A DNA stretch of 63,648 bases, counting the filler, from Octopus bimaculoides (Eukaryota), in assembly GCF_001194135.2 (NCBI RefSeq). It is 6 parts of 5 records of this genome, joined end to end, with 100 filler letters (N's around TTAATTAATTAA, not from the genome) between each part and the next. Parts side by side here need not be neighbours in the genome. Positions count along the whole stretch, not along the records: positions 1 to 21,967 come from NC_069003.1; 5 more parts are not named here. One strand, written 5' to 3'. The notes below the pieces were generated by a model, which was given only the letters and a program-made list of their open reading frames with translations, was not told the DNA's origin and did not search any database. The position numbers and the translations under genes are program-made. Positions 1-12,204 of the stretch are shown piece by piece. Numbering within the stretch: the stretch's first letter is position 1; every line of letters starts with the position of its first letter.

Positions 1-62
<62 letters not shown>
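1..62. repeat. (TA)n microsatellite
   Basis: Direct reading; near-perfect AT dinucleotide run at the window start. Confidence 0.98.
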
Positions 63-64
<2 letters not shown>

Positions 65-461
65 TTCTGGATATGTTTTATATGGGTTTTTTTTGTATAT
101 TCTTTTCTCTGTCTTGTATATGATGGTTGCTATTTTTTAAACTTTATTTTACAAAATTACCACTTGTTTGTTAAGGAGTATAATGGTGTGCCCTAGCAGG
201 AAGCTTTGCGTTCCTTCATTTCATCTGCGAGTCTTTTAGAACCCACTGAATGTATAGAAAATGGGTCATTATCCCTAATAATAATAATAATAATGATAAG
301 AAGAATCTTTTTCTCTGTGTCCAAGTGCTGTGTTAACCTTGTGTTATTCTGTCTTTGGAATATTGCAAAGTCGGTTGATGTTGTAAACACAGGTAAATCG
401 AAGGATAAATAAATGAAAAAGAGAGTTTTTAAACATGAAAAGGAAGATCACACTGTTTTGT

Positions 462-528
462 ACATATGTATATATATGTCTGAATGTGTGTGTGTGTGTG
501 TGTGTGTGCTTGTAGGTATATGTATGTG

Positions 529-565
<37 letters not shown>

Positions 566-927
566 CTATATATACATATATGTCTGTACCTGTGTGTATA
601 TATAGATATGTGTGTGTGTGTATATATATATATATGTATTTGTGTATGGATTTGTATGTATACGTACGTATATATATAGATATGTATATATATGTGTGTG
701 TATGTATATGTATGTATGTGTATATATATGTGTATGTATGCATGTATATATATGTCTATGTATGTGTATATATATATGTATATATAGACACACACACTGT
801 ATGTATATGTGTGTGTGTGTGTATACATATGTATGTATTTGTATGTATGTGTAGATATTTGTATGGATATGTATATATATATGTGTGTATGTATATGTAT
901 GTATATATATATGTGTATGTATGTATG

Positions 928-972
<45 letters not shown>

Positions 973-1142
973 ATATAGACACACACACACTCACTGTATG
1001 TATATGTATGTGTGTGTATATATATATATGTACACACAGATGTATTTATGTGTATATGTATGTATGCATACACATATATGGATGTATATGTATATATTTC
1101 TGTGTATGTGCATATATGTGTGTGTGTATGTGTATATATATC
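462..1142. repeat. compound (TA)n/(TG)n/(TATG)n microsatellite field
   Basis: Interleaved TA, TG and TATG runs; source of the YI/CV/HT pseudo-ORFs. Confidence 0.97.
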
Positions 1143-1252
1143 TCAGTTCTGTCTTTCTCGACATTTAGCTTTCTCTGCACATGAATGTACTTACAGACAC
1201 ACATGCAATGTTCCCCCATGACTAATGCTCCATGGCAAAAGAGTGTGCATAC

Positions 1253-1285
<33 letters not shown>

Positions 1286-1402
1286 TGTGTGTAAGAGGGT
1301 GTTTCTTGATAGAAAAATTTTGTGCAGGTGACATCGTTATGCCAGTAGTGTCTGAAAGCAAATACAAAACGCAAGATGGAAGAAGAGACATCTCTAAACA
1401 CT

Positions 1403-1900
1403 GCCACCATCACAACCAGTAACCTTAACACTATCAACATCATCAACATCAACACCATTACCAACATCAGCACTACCACCATCAACATCATCACCACCAC
1501 TATAATACCACCAGCACCAATAACACCACCAACACCGATATCACCACCACTATCACCAACACCACCACCACCATCAACACCAACACCCACCATCGTCAAC
1601 GCCACCATCACCATCACCTCCACCTCCACCAACACCGTCAACACNNNNNNNNNNNNNNNNNNNNNNNNNNNNNNNNNNNNNNNNNNNNNNNNNNNNNNNN
1701 NNNNNNNNNNNNNNNNNNNNNNNNNNNNNNNNNNNNNNNNNNNNNNNNNNNNNNNNNNNNNNNNNNNNNNNNNNNNNNNNNNNNNNNNNNNNNNNNNNNN
1801 NNNNNNNNNNNNNNNNNNNNNNNNNNNNNNNNNNNNNNNNNNNNNNNNNNNNNNNNNNNNNNNNNNNNNNNNNNNNNNNNNNACCAACACCACCATGTTA
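1403..1900. repeat. (CAC/CAT/CAA)n trinucleotide low-complexity tract spanning a gap
   Basis: ACC/ATC/AAC triplets on both sides of the N run. Confidence 0.9.
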
Positions 1901-2680
1901 TCTACCTTTATTCGGTGCAAAATATGAAAACTGGTACCAGGGGAAGAAGACCTGACTTTTTCTATTTAAAGTGTATTTAAGAGAATGGTTGCCAAAACAG
2001 AGAAGAGATGAGTCGAAAATCGTGTTTGTTTTTTTTTTCAAAGCCAACATCAAGGTGTGCGTGTGCATATGAATATGTATGTGTGTGTGTGTGTGTGTTA
2101 TCCTAAAGGAGGAGGATTACCAGTCAGATGGGTGTTGGCTCTCTTAGATAACGGTTCTCTGTTGATGCTGCGAACTTGAGGGAGGATGCTATCGTAATGC
2201 TATTTTCTGATAATGATTTCTTTTAGCACCACCACCACCAATAATAATAAGGATGATAATAATTACAATAACACCACTACCACCATAATACTACAACTAC
2301 TACTACTACTACATATACCACCACCTCCACCATTATTACTACTTATAATAATATTAGTGTCACTGCTACCACCGCTAGCTGTTTCATCGTTTTCTTCAGT
2401 TCTCCTCTTCCTTCTCTTCCATCACCTCCCCCATTTCCTCCAGGGGCATCTCATTCCAGACCAATATTGTCTACGCAAAGCATTCAAGGAGATTCAAAGA
2501 TGTTAATCGTTCTCGTTGCTTTTGCCATTCACTTTCTGAATGGATTAAAACTGAATATTTTTTTTTTTTTGACCAACATCCGACATGCTTAATTCTCCAT
2601 GCGATTTGCTCCTCTTGCCAAGATGTGTGAAGCCAAGTAACATCGCTGTCTTCCACACATACATGTGTGTCCTTTCAGGT

Positions 2681-2894
2681 ACCGGTGCCACATGAAGAGC
2701 ACATGTGCGAGTTCTATGTAAAAGCACCTGTACTGGTACTGCATAAATGCACCCATGCCAGTGGCATGTAAGAAGCACCCAGCACCCTATTAATTGGTTG
2801 GTGTTAGGAAGAGCACCCAGCTGTAGAAACTATACGCCAGCAGACAATTGAAGTGTGGACAGCTCCCTGCTAGCCAGTTCCATGTCAAACCGTC
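2681..2894 (+). mobile_element. S3 SINE-like family fragment (decayed)
   Basis: Shares the aagcaccc...ggttggtgttaggaag...cagctgtagaaac block with copies at 8127, 11993, 8796 and 47003. Confidence 0.7.
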
Positions 2895-3178
2895 GTGTGT
2901 GTATGTGTATTTGTCTTATTTTTGTTCCCCTGCTGTCGGTTTGTTTAGCGACGTTGTTGCCAGTGCCTCTGGACTTGCTCCCGTGTAGGTGGGATGTAAA
3001 GTACACCATTTTGAGCATATATATATATGTATGTATGTATATATGTATGGATATATGTATGTATAAATATATATATTTAATATCTAGGGGAAGCAACAGA
3101 GTAACTCAAGATCCGACAGTTTTGTGATTAGTGGAACACACAAAACTCAGACCTTAAGTCACTCTGTTGTTTCTGCTA

Positions 3179-3221
<43 letters not shown>

Positions 3222-3915
3222 CATTTACATATATATATCATTTGAAATTTATATATATATAGATAGATAGATAGATAGATATCTCTGTGTTTACATATAT
3301 CATTTGAAATTTATATATATATATAATATATTCTCACAAATATATATTATGTATGTGTGTGTGTGTGTGTGTGTGTATTATATGTATGTGAGATCAAAAA
3401 TAAGACGTTATGTTATTTTAATCTTTTTATTTTTATGAAAGCCGTTTTTGTTTTTTTTTCGTTCTTTTTTGTGTTTTTTCCTTTTTCACATATCTTTCTT
3501 AGTTCTTTACCATTAATTTTAGGAATGGCTCTGATTCTCGGTTCATCAATGGCCCTACAATATGCTACAGTCTCTAAAGATAAAGCTCAAGTTGTCTGTG
3601 GCCTTTTTTTTTTTTTTTTTCATCTACACCATGCTTGAAAGAGAAGCTGTTTTACATCAAACACTTACACATACATACACACATGCATGCACACACACAC
3701 GCATACATGCACATATAGTACACAAGTACACAAACAGGTACATTTATATAAGTACAACGTGCGAATATATATATATATATATATCATCATCATGTATGTA
3801 TAAACATATGTTAAGTGATTATACATATGTACACACGCTTAAATCCATATATATATATACATACATATATAAGTATATATACATAGATACATACGCACAC
3901 ACACACACATATATA

Positions 3916-3958
<43 letters not shown>

Positions 3959-4271
3959 TCACATACATACACAAATATATGCACACACACACACACATAT
4001 ACATAACATTTCTGTATATTCTAGAGACTTTATGGCTGAGATTAGACTTTTGTAAACTGTTCCTATCACCTTCCTCTTCATTGTCATCCTCATCATCATC
4101 ATCATCATTTATGTGTGTTACTCTATTATTTTGTCTGTCCCCACTCACATTTCTGTCCCCCTCTCTACACGGTCACACACACACACACACAAATACGCAT
4201 ACAGTCATATATATGTGTGTGTGTATATATATGTATGTAGGTATGTGTATATATATATGTATGTATGTATA

Positions 4272-4350
<79 letters not shown>

Positions 4351-4453
4351 GTATCTATATGTATATATATATATATATGTGTGTGTATGTATGTATATAT
4401 GTATGTATATGTGAATGTATTTGTATGTATATGTACATATTTGTATGGATATG

Positions 4454-4485
<32 letters not shown>

Positions 4486-4648
4486 GACTATAGTTAAGCT
4501 CCAGGTTCGGTGATTATGTGAATGAGCTTAACTATAGTCTATCCATAGCACTTACTCAACATTACCTGACACTTTTGGGTTTTATTGACACCATTACCTC
4601 TCATAATCTCTATATGTATGTATTCGTATATATGTATGTATATGTATT

Positions 4649-4700
<52 letters not shown>

Positions 4701-4734
4701 CATAATATGTATGTATGTGTCAATGCTTGATAGC

Positions 4735-4980
4735 TGGTGTTGGTATGTTTATGTCCCGGTGACTTTGAAGTTCAGCAAAAGAGAATGATAGAATAAGTAA
4801 AAAAACAAATAATAACAAGTACTGGGATCTGCGTAACTTAGCAGTTTAGCAAATGAGACCAATAGAATAAATATCAGGTATGAAAAAGGAAAAAGATTTG
4901 TACTGGGGGTCAATTCATTTGACTAAAAATTCTTCAAAATGGTGCCCCAGCATGGCCACATTGTAATAACTGAAAGAAGT
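4735..4980 (+). mobile_element. S2 SINE 3' portion (decayed, partly duplicated)
   Basis: gatagaataagta...ggggtcaattcatttgactaaaa...ggtgccccagcatggccaca matches the S2 tail at 33371-33510. Confidence 0.75.
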
Positions 4981-6239
4981 GTTTTACTAGATTAGTAGTT
5001 TAGTAGACTATTGCCATGATCATCATCAGTCATCATCATTGTCATCATCATTGTCTTTATCATCATCGTCATCATCATCATTGTCATAATCATCATCATT
5101 ATCGTCATCGTCATCATCTTCATCAACATCATCATCACCATCTCCAATTCATGATTGCAGTTATGCTTGTCTTAAGAATATAATATTAAATGTGGAAAAA
5201 TAATGTTTCAAAAACAAAAAATATATATATACATGAAAAATAAATGATAAAAAAAAATGAAAGAAAACAACCAAACCAAAAAAAAAAAAAGAAGAAAAAC
5301 TAAACAAAAACAAGCTGAAATTCCATTTCTGAGCAATCATTTAAAAGTTCCATGTTCTTCCAAAATGGTATATATCTGTAATTTTTGAAGAAGCTGTCGT
5401 AGGTTTGGTTTGGTTCGGTTCGGTTTGGTTCAGTCAGATTTTGGTTTCGGCGAGGAGTGAAGAGAAGAAATGGTAACGCCAACCACCGAAGAATATGAAA
5501 GAAATAAACTAGCAAAAGGAGACAGTTGTTTTCTGTGTGTCTTCTTTTGTAAAAATGATTAAGATAAGCANNNNNNNNNNNNNNNNNNNNNNNNNNNNNN
5601 NNNNNNNNNNNNNNNNNNNNNNNNNNNNNNNNNNNNNNNNNNNNNNNNNNNNNNNNNNNNNNNNNNNNNNNNNNNNNNNNNNNNNNNNNNNNNNNNNNNN
5701 NNNNNNNNNNNNNNNNNNNNNNNNNNNNNNNNNNNNNNNNNNNNNNNNNNNNNNNNNNNNNNNNNNNNNNNNNNNNNNNNNNNNNNNNNNNNNNNNNNNN
5801 NNNNNNNNNNNNNNNNNNNNNNNNNNNNNNNNNNNNNNNNNNNNNNNNNNNNNNNNNNNNNNNNNNNNNNNNNNNNNNNNNNNNNNNNNNNNNNNNNNNN
5901 NNNNNNNNNNNNNNNNNNNNNNNNNNNNNNNNNNNNNNNNNNNNNNNNNNNNNNNNNNNNNNNNNNNNNNNNNNNNNNNNNNNNNNNNNNNNNNNNNNNN
6001 NNNNNNNNNNNNNNNNNNNNNNNNNNNNNNNNNNNNNNNNNNNNNNNNNNNNNNNNNNNNNNTATATAATAAGTGTGGAAAATGATTTCTTGGAAAAATA
6101 TTCATCTGTTTTTCTGTTTTGTTTTTTTTTTTATATTATCTTTTATAGTTTTACTTTTATTTAACTTTTTTTTGAGAATTTTTTTCTATTAATATTTGTT
6201 TTGTTGTTGTTCTTCTGTTTTATTTTGTTTTTGTTCTTT

Positions 6240-6289
<50 letters not shown>

Positions 6290-6656
6290 CTGTTTTTGTC
6301 AGTTTTGAGAGAAGACAGAATGTATTCAGCATATTTAAGACTTCCAGAAGCGTTGGTGCCTTGGAATAAAATGTCTTTATGCTGTCCAGGTTACCGTTTT
6401 ATGTGACACTCATATGCCACCAACATTGTTGCTTTTGCCTACCATCTTTTATGTGTTGGTAATAATAAAAAACAATAAAATACCAGTCATGCACTGGGGA
6501 TCTTTGTATGTATTTATGTGTGTGTGAGTGTTGGGCCTTATGGAGGCAAAGTGGTTGAGTTCCTTTTGAGCATTGGGCTAATTCGATGATAAGGATCTTA
6601 TGTTAAGCCAAAGGGAAGGATTACTCTGAACTTTTGGCTGAGTACAAAATTATTGT

Positions 6657-6784
6657 TCCTTAAGAAGAATTGTATCGATGGTGACTTTGAAGTTTCGGCC
6701 GGCCAATCCATCATTGAACTGGCCAATGATGGCTTGGCTGGCCGAAACTCCGAAGTTACTGTCAATACTATTTTTCTTGAAGGA
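6657..6784. repeat. 60-bp imperfect inverted repeat / long hairpin, 7-nt loop
   Basis: 6657-6716 pairs with 6724-6784: 50 Watson-Crick, 6 G-U, 4 mismatches, one bulged G (6779); loop AACTGGC. Paired by hand. Confidence 0.9.
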
Positions 6785-6786
6785 TA

Positions 6787-6824
<38 letters not shown>

Positions 6825-6876
6825 TTGTGTGTGTGAGTGTATATAGATATAGATAGATACATATATGTATATGGAG

Positions 6877-6919
<43 letters not shown>

Positions 6920-6920
6920 A

Positions 6921-7145
6921 TTCTTTATTGCCCACAAGGGGCTAAACATAGAGGGGACAAACAAGGACAGACAAAGGGATTAAGTCGATTACATCGACCC
7001 CAGTGCGTAACTGGTACTTATTTAATCGACCCCGAAAGGATGAAAGGCAAAGTCGATCTCGGCAGAATTTGAACTCAGAACATTGCGGCAGACGAAATAC
7101 CGCTAAGCATTTCGCCCGGCGTGCTAACGTTTCTGCCAGCTTGCC
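6921..7145 (-). mobile_element. S1 tRNA-derived SINE, near full length
   Basis: Reverse complement reads gctggcagaaacgttagcacgccgggcgaaatgcttagcggtatttcgtc...gagttcaaattc (A/B-box-like head), same family as 13831, 14089, 26167 and 59373. Confidence 0.9.
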
Positions 7146-7226
7146 TCCTACACACACACATATGTATATGTAGATACATGTATGTATATATCTGTATGTG
7201 TATACATATATATGCGTGTGTGTGTG

Positions 7227-7275
<49 letters not shown>

Positions 7276-7744
7276 CATACATACATACACACACACATGC
7301 GTACACGCATGCATGTATGTATTAAATGAACTATATCATCTGTTATGTTTTGTATAATCAAACGTTCTCCCTATAGGAATACGTGTAAATACCAGGGTAG
7401 ATGTAATCAGCTAAAAACCCTTGATTTCATGAGTAAGAATAACAGAATTTGTTAGGCGGAGATGTTTCCCTCGCTTTACTACATTTTATGCAATCCAAGT
7501 TATTGGGTTTTGTTCTATCTGGTTGCATAGATAAAAACATCAGTGAGGCTTAACAACTGATGTGTCCTATCTACCGCAATCTCTTCCTCTTGGCACCATT
7601 TTTCTCCCTTATTCTGACTAATATCTTCCCCATTTATTTTACTCTTATTGCGGCAGTACTCAAAGCAACGAGGTTGTGCAGCCTGCTTGATATGGCTGTT
7701 AAAACTCCCTCAATTCACACCTTACCGTCTCAGGTTTTATGAGG

Positions 7745-8098
7745 TTAACACGCCCACTTTCCAACCACGTAGCTTCAGGTTGAAGTCCGCCGTGTAGCAC
7801 CTTGAGGAAAATGTCTGCTATAGCCCTGGGCCAACCAATGCCTTGTTTGAATTTGGGTAAAGGAAACTATGTAGAAACCCATTTGTGTATTTGTATATCT
7901 ATGTGTCTCATTGGTCTTTTACCTTGTGACTACTGTTGTTGGTTTGTTTGTGTTCTCCATAACTCAGCAGTTTAGCAAACAGAGACTTACAAAATAAGTA
8001 TGAGTCTTAAAGTAAGTACTGAGGTTGATTCGAACTGCTAGACTCATCAAGGTGGTGCCCCAGCATGGCCACAGACAGGCCTGTGACAGAAACAAACT
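7745..8098 (+). mobile_element. S2 tRNA-derived SINE (decayed)
   Basis: caaccacgtagcttcaggtt...caccttg...gccaaccaatgccttgt head and ggtggtgccccagcatggccaca tail. Confidence 0.7.
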
Positions 8099-8126
8099 AA
8101 TTGAAAGATTTCTTTGTCACGCAAAT

Positions 8127-8300
8127 GGCACATGAAAAGCACCCATTACATTCTTGGTGTGGTTGGCATTAGGAAGGGCATTCAGCCGTAGAAACCATGC
8201 CAAAGCAGATGGAAACCTGGTGCAGCTCTTCAGCTTACCAGTTTTCAATCAAACCGTCTAACCCATGCCAGCATGGAAAACAGACATTAAATGATGATGA
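8127..8300 (+). mobile_element. S3 SINE-like 3' portion with (ATG)n tail
   Basis: ggttggcattaggaagggcattcagccgtagaaac...ccatgccagcatggaaaacagacattaaatgatgatga. Confidence 0.85.
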
Positions 8301-8313
8301 CGGATGCTTGGTT

Positions 8314-9134
8314 CTTCACATTGTTTTGAAGTAATCATGGATTATCCTGTAGCTTCAAAAATTTTCAACGATGTGATTTTATATATTTTTAGAATGACAT
8401 TGTAGGGTAGGTGTGATAGGCTACATCCAGCTGGTTTGAACACAAAACAGGTAAAAATATTTGAGCGGGATATGGCCAGTTTGAGTGCTTAAAGAGTTAA
8501 TCCTTTAGCATTCAGAGTACTAATGCTTATTTATCCACATCGTTTTGAATTACAGATTATCTTGTGGCTTTGAAATTTCAATGGTGTGTTTGTATATTTT
8601 TAGACTGACATTGTAGGGTTGGTTTAAGACAATGGATCTGGTCAGTTTTAATATAAACGGGTAGAATATTTGAGCCAGATATGGCTTGTTTAACCATTTA
8701 GCACTGAGATTACCATCTCAAACAAAATACTTATTCATTCACATCGTTTTGAATTAACCATGTGTTATCTTATAGCTTCAAGAATTCACTGGCGTCATCA
8801 TCATCATCATCATCGTCGTTTAACGTCCGCTTTCCATGCTAGCATGGGTTGGACGATTTGACTGAGGACTGGTGAAACCAGATGGCTACACCTGGCTCCA
8901 ATCTGATTTGGCAGAGTTTCTACAGCTGGATGCCCTTCCTAACGCCAACCACATAGAAAGTGTAGTGGGTGCTTTTACGTGCCGCTGGCACGAAGGCCAG
9001 TCAGGCGGTACTGGCAAATAAATTTAGAATGACATTGTAGGCTAGGTGTGAGAGATTGGATCTGGTCAGTTTTAGCACGAAATGGGCAGAATATTTGGGC
9101 CAGATGTGGACGGATTAAATACTAAAGGGATTAA
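8314..9134. mobile_element. tandem array of three piggyBac-like MITE copies joined at TTAA; third copy interrupted by an S3 SINE
   Basis: Three related units with the core ttttagaatgacattgtagggtaggtgtga; junctions ttaa|tcctttagcatt (8497-8500) and ttaa|ccatttagcact (8690-8693); end aatactaaaggg-a-ttaa (to 9134). TTAA targets and CCC-initiated TIRs are piggyBac-type features. Confidence 0.65.
8796..9017 (-). mobile_element. S3 SINE-like insertion
   Basis: (CAT)n then gtttaacgtccgctttccatgctagcatgggttggacg; nearly the same as 47003-47225. Confidence 0.9.
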
Positions 9135-9849
9135 ATTAAGAAAAAGAAGATGCTTTGGAGAATGTAATAACGTCTGTTATACAAAATAGACAGGATGGTC
9201 AAAGTTGGAATGCCTTTGATCACAGCCATAACACTGTTCAGTCAAGGGGCTGGGTGGAGCTTGACAGCAACAACAACAGCGGCATTGTACGTTCAACATT
9301 TCGCTTTCACATAGAATCTACCAAAGTATGAAACAGTCTTTGAGAAACATTTATCATTTCCTCTAATCTGTGTGTTTCTTTGCTTTGTAAAAGGCTAAAT
9401 ATATTTAAACCCCGAACCTACCCACCAGCCCATCCCTTCCACCGTTTGTCCACACACACACACACACACACACACACTGCTTGTATTATGCCCATCTTTA
9501 CATGTGTGGTAATGTCATTAAAAGATTAAACGATTTCAGCAATGATTATTGGTATTCCAACATCAGACCGGAATCCGTAGATAAATGTCTTCTTTGAAAA
9601 CCTACTCCTCTCTGTTTTTCTTCTTCTTTGTCTGATACAATATTCATTTATTTAGTTCTTGCTCAGTCTCTTCCTCTTCCTGATCATTTCCATTCCTACC
9701 TTCAGGATTCCAACAGTCTCTCACTTTCTTCCCACGGTAACGATGTACTTGTCGGTTTCCTCTGTTTATTATACGAAATACCTCAACGACAAACACTATT
9801 CAAAAAAGAATTTATGATAAAGATTTTCCCAGTTGATATCTTTCATCTT

Positions 9850-10075
9850 TCTCTTGTTTCAGTCATTGGACTGCGGCCATGCCACGGCACCACCTTAAAG
9901 AATTTTTAGTTGAACGAATCGACCCCAGTTCGAATATTTTTTTGAAAGCATGTTACTTATGCTATCTGTCTCTTTTGCCAGCCAAACTCCTAAGTTACTG
10001 AGACATGAACCCACCAACACCAGCTGTCAAATAGAGGTGGGAACAAACACATACAAAAAAAACACACTCATATAG
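9850..10075 (-). mobile_element. S2 SINE 3' portion
   Basis: ttgtttcagtcattggactgcggccatgcc is the reverse complement of the S2 tail. Confidence 0.85.
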
Positions 10076-10081
10076 ATATAT

Positions 10082-10500
10082 AGGCGCAGCTGTGCGGCAA
10101 GAAACCTGCAACCACATGGTTGTGGGTTCAGTCCCATTGCGTGGTACCTTGGCCAAGTGTTTTCCACCATGGCCTTGGGCCTACTAAAGCTTTGTGAATG
10201 GATTTCATAGACAAAAACTGAAAGCCCATTTTATATATGTGTATATACATATATGTGTGTGTGTGTATACATGTGTGTGTGTGTATATATACATATATGT
10301 GTATGTGTCTTTGTGTCCGTGTTTGTGCCCTCCCACCACCACTTGACAACGAATGTTCATGTTTTTACATCCCTATAACTTAGTGGTTTGGCAAAAGAGC
10401 CTGATATAGTAAGTCCTGGGGTTGTTTTCTTCGACTAAAACCCTTTAAGGCAATGCTCCAGCATAGCCACAGTCAAATGACTGAAACAAGTAAGGAATAT
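10082..10500 (+). mobile_element. S2 tRNA-derived SINE with internal TA/TG microsatellite
   Basis: aaccacatggttgtgggttcagtcccattgcgtggtaccttgg head (B-box-like ggttcagtccc), internal microsatellite, tail gcaatgctccagcatagccacagtcaaatgactgaaac. Confidence 0.9.
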
Positions 10501-10511
10501 AAAAGAATATA

Positions 10512-10862
10512 CATCAGGCTTCTTTCAGTTTCTGTCCATCAAATCCACTCACAAAGCATTGATCAACGCAGGTCTATAATAGAAGAGAGACATGTTGCCC
10601 AAAGTGCCATGCAATGAGACTGAACCTGGAACCATGCGGCTGGGAAGCCGACTACTTACCACATAGCCTCACAGAAATTTTTTTTAAGAAAAAGGGGGAA
10701 AAAGAAGCATTGATCCCTTCGCCAAAGGTCGCAAATACAGATCCACTCCCAAGACTTTGGTCAGTCTGAGGCTACAGGAAAAGATGCTTGTGCAAATGCC
10801 ATGCAGTGGGATCGAACTTAAAACCACGTAGTTGGAAAGCAAAAGCAAGCTTCTTACCATGC
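10512..10862 (-). mobile_element. two S2 SINE 5' halves (10512-10668 and 10735-10862)
   Basis: Both are reverse complements of the S2 head (aaatccactcacaaag...cccaaagtgccatgcaatgagactgaacc). Confidence 0.8.
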
Positions 10863-11992
10863 CTGGTTCTTAATCTAATAAAAAAAAAAAAAACACAAAC
10901 CACATGAAATACTAATACTGCAACAACAGAATATTAAAGATACTGCAAGAGGGATCAGGAAATTTCTGGAAGCAAAGTTCATTGCATTGATCTCTTCAAA
11001 CATCTGATGTACAACCTGTATAGCTTCGTTAATGTTGAGGGTGTTTAACATTCGGAAGCATATTTCCTTCTGTTTTGACAGGATTAGGACAGTCTAAAGC
11101 TAGTTCGTTAATTATCTTTAACCCATGTTTCCTTTCTTATTTTTTTCGGTTTTNNNNNNNNNNNNNNNNNNNNNNNNNNNNNNNNNNNNNNNNNNNNNNN
11201 NNNNNNNNNNNNNNNNNNNNNNNNNNNNNNNNNNNNNNNNNNNNNNNNNNNNNNNNNNNNNNNNNNNNNNNNNNNNNNNNNNNNNNNNNNNNNNNNNNNN
11301 NNNNNNNNNNNNNNNNNNNNNNNNNNNNNNNNNNNNNNNNNNNNNNNNNNNNNNNNNNNNNNNNNNNNNNNNNNNNNNNNNNNNNNNNNNNNNNNNNNNN
11401 NNNNNNNNNNNNNNNNNNNNNNNNNNNNNNNNNNNNNNNNNNNNNNNNNNNNNNNNNNNNNNNNNNNNNNNNNNNNNNNNNNNNNNNNNNNNNNNNNNNN
11501 NNNNNNNNNNNNNNNNNNNNNNNNNNNNNNNNNNNNNNNNNNNNNNNNNNNNNNNNNNNNNNNNNNNNNNNNNNNNNNNNNNNNNNNNNNNNNNNNNNNN
11601 NNNNNNNNNNNNNNNNNNNNNNNNNNNNNNNNNNNNNNNNNNNNNNNNNNNNNNNNNNNNNNNNNNNNNNNNNNNNNNNNNNNNNNNNNNNNNNNNNNNN
11701 NNNNNNNNNNNNNNNNNNNNNNNNNNNNNNNNNNNNNNNNNNNNNNNNNNNNNNNNNNNNNNNNNNNNNNNNNNNNNNNNNNNNNNNNNNNNNNNNNNNN
11801 NNNNNNNNNNNNNNNNNNNNNNNNNNNNNNNNNNNNNNNNNNNNNNNNNNNNNNNNNNNNNNNNNNNNNNNNNNNNNNNNNNNNNNNNNNNNNNNNNNNN
11901 NNNNNNNNNNNNNNNNNNNNNNNNNNNNNNNNNNNNNNNNNNNNNNNNNNNNNNNNNNNNNNNNNNNNNNNNNNNNNNNNNNNNNNNNNNNA

Positions 11993-12186
11993 CTGGCCTT
12001 CGTGCGGGCGACACGTAAAAGCACCCACTACACTCTCTGAGTGGTTGGCGTTAGGAAGGGCATCCAGCTGTAGAAACTCTGCCAAATTAGATTGGAGCCT
12101 GGTGTTGCCATCTGGTTTCACCAGTCCTCAGTCAAATCGTCCAACCCCTGCTAGCATGGAAAGCGGACGTTAAACGATGATGATGA
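11993..12186 (+). mobile_element. S3 SINE-like 3' portion with (ATG)n tail
   Basis: ggttggcgttaggaagggcatccagctgtagaaactctgccaaa...gcatggaaagcggacgttaaacgatgatgatg. Confidence 0.9.
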
Positions 12187-12204
12187 TATATGTATGTATA
12201 TGTT

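Noticed and set aside
193-412. Opposed 65/68-aa ORFs and a CAG|gtaaat donor near 392
   Set aside because: No recognisable domain, includes an (AAT)n run, and no convincing acceptor.
413-1184. Long ORFs rich in YI/CV/HT dipeptides (and all similar ORFs across the window)
   Set aside because: Translations of TA/TG/CA microsatellites; stop-free by construction.
10885-11080. Minus-strand open frame KEICFRMLNTLNINEAIQVVHQMFEEINAMNF
   Set aside because: Protein-like but unrecognised; splice sites are weak and a plus-strand frame is similarly open, so chance is sufficient.
11075-12121. 300-aa ORFs spanning N runs (also near 5.5, 18.4, 34.1, 35.3, 42.1 and 56.6 kb)
   Set aside because: Length comes from X residues in assembly gaps.
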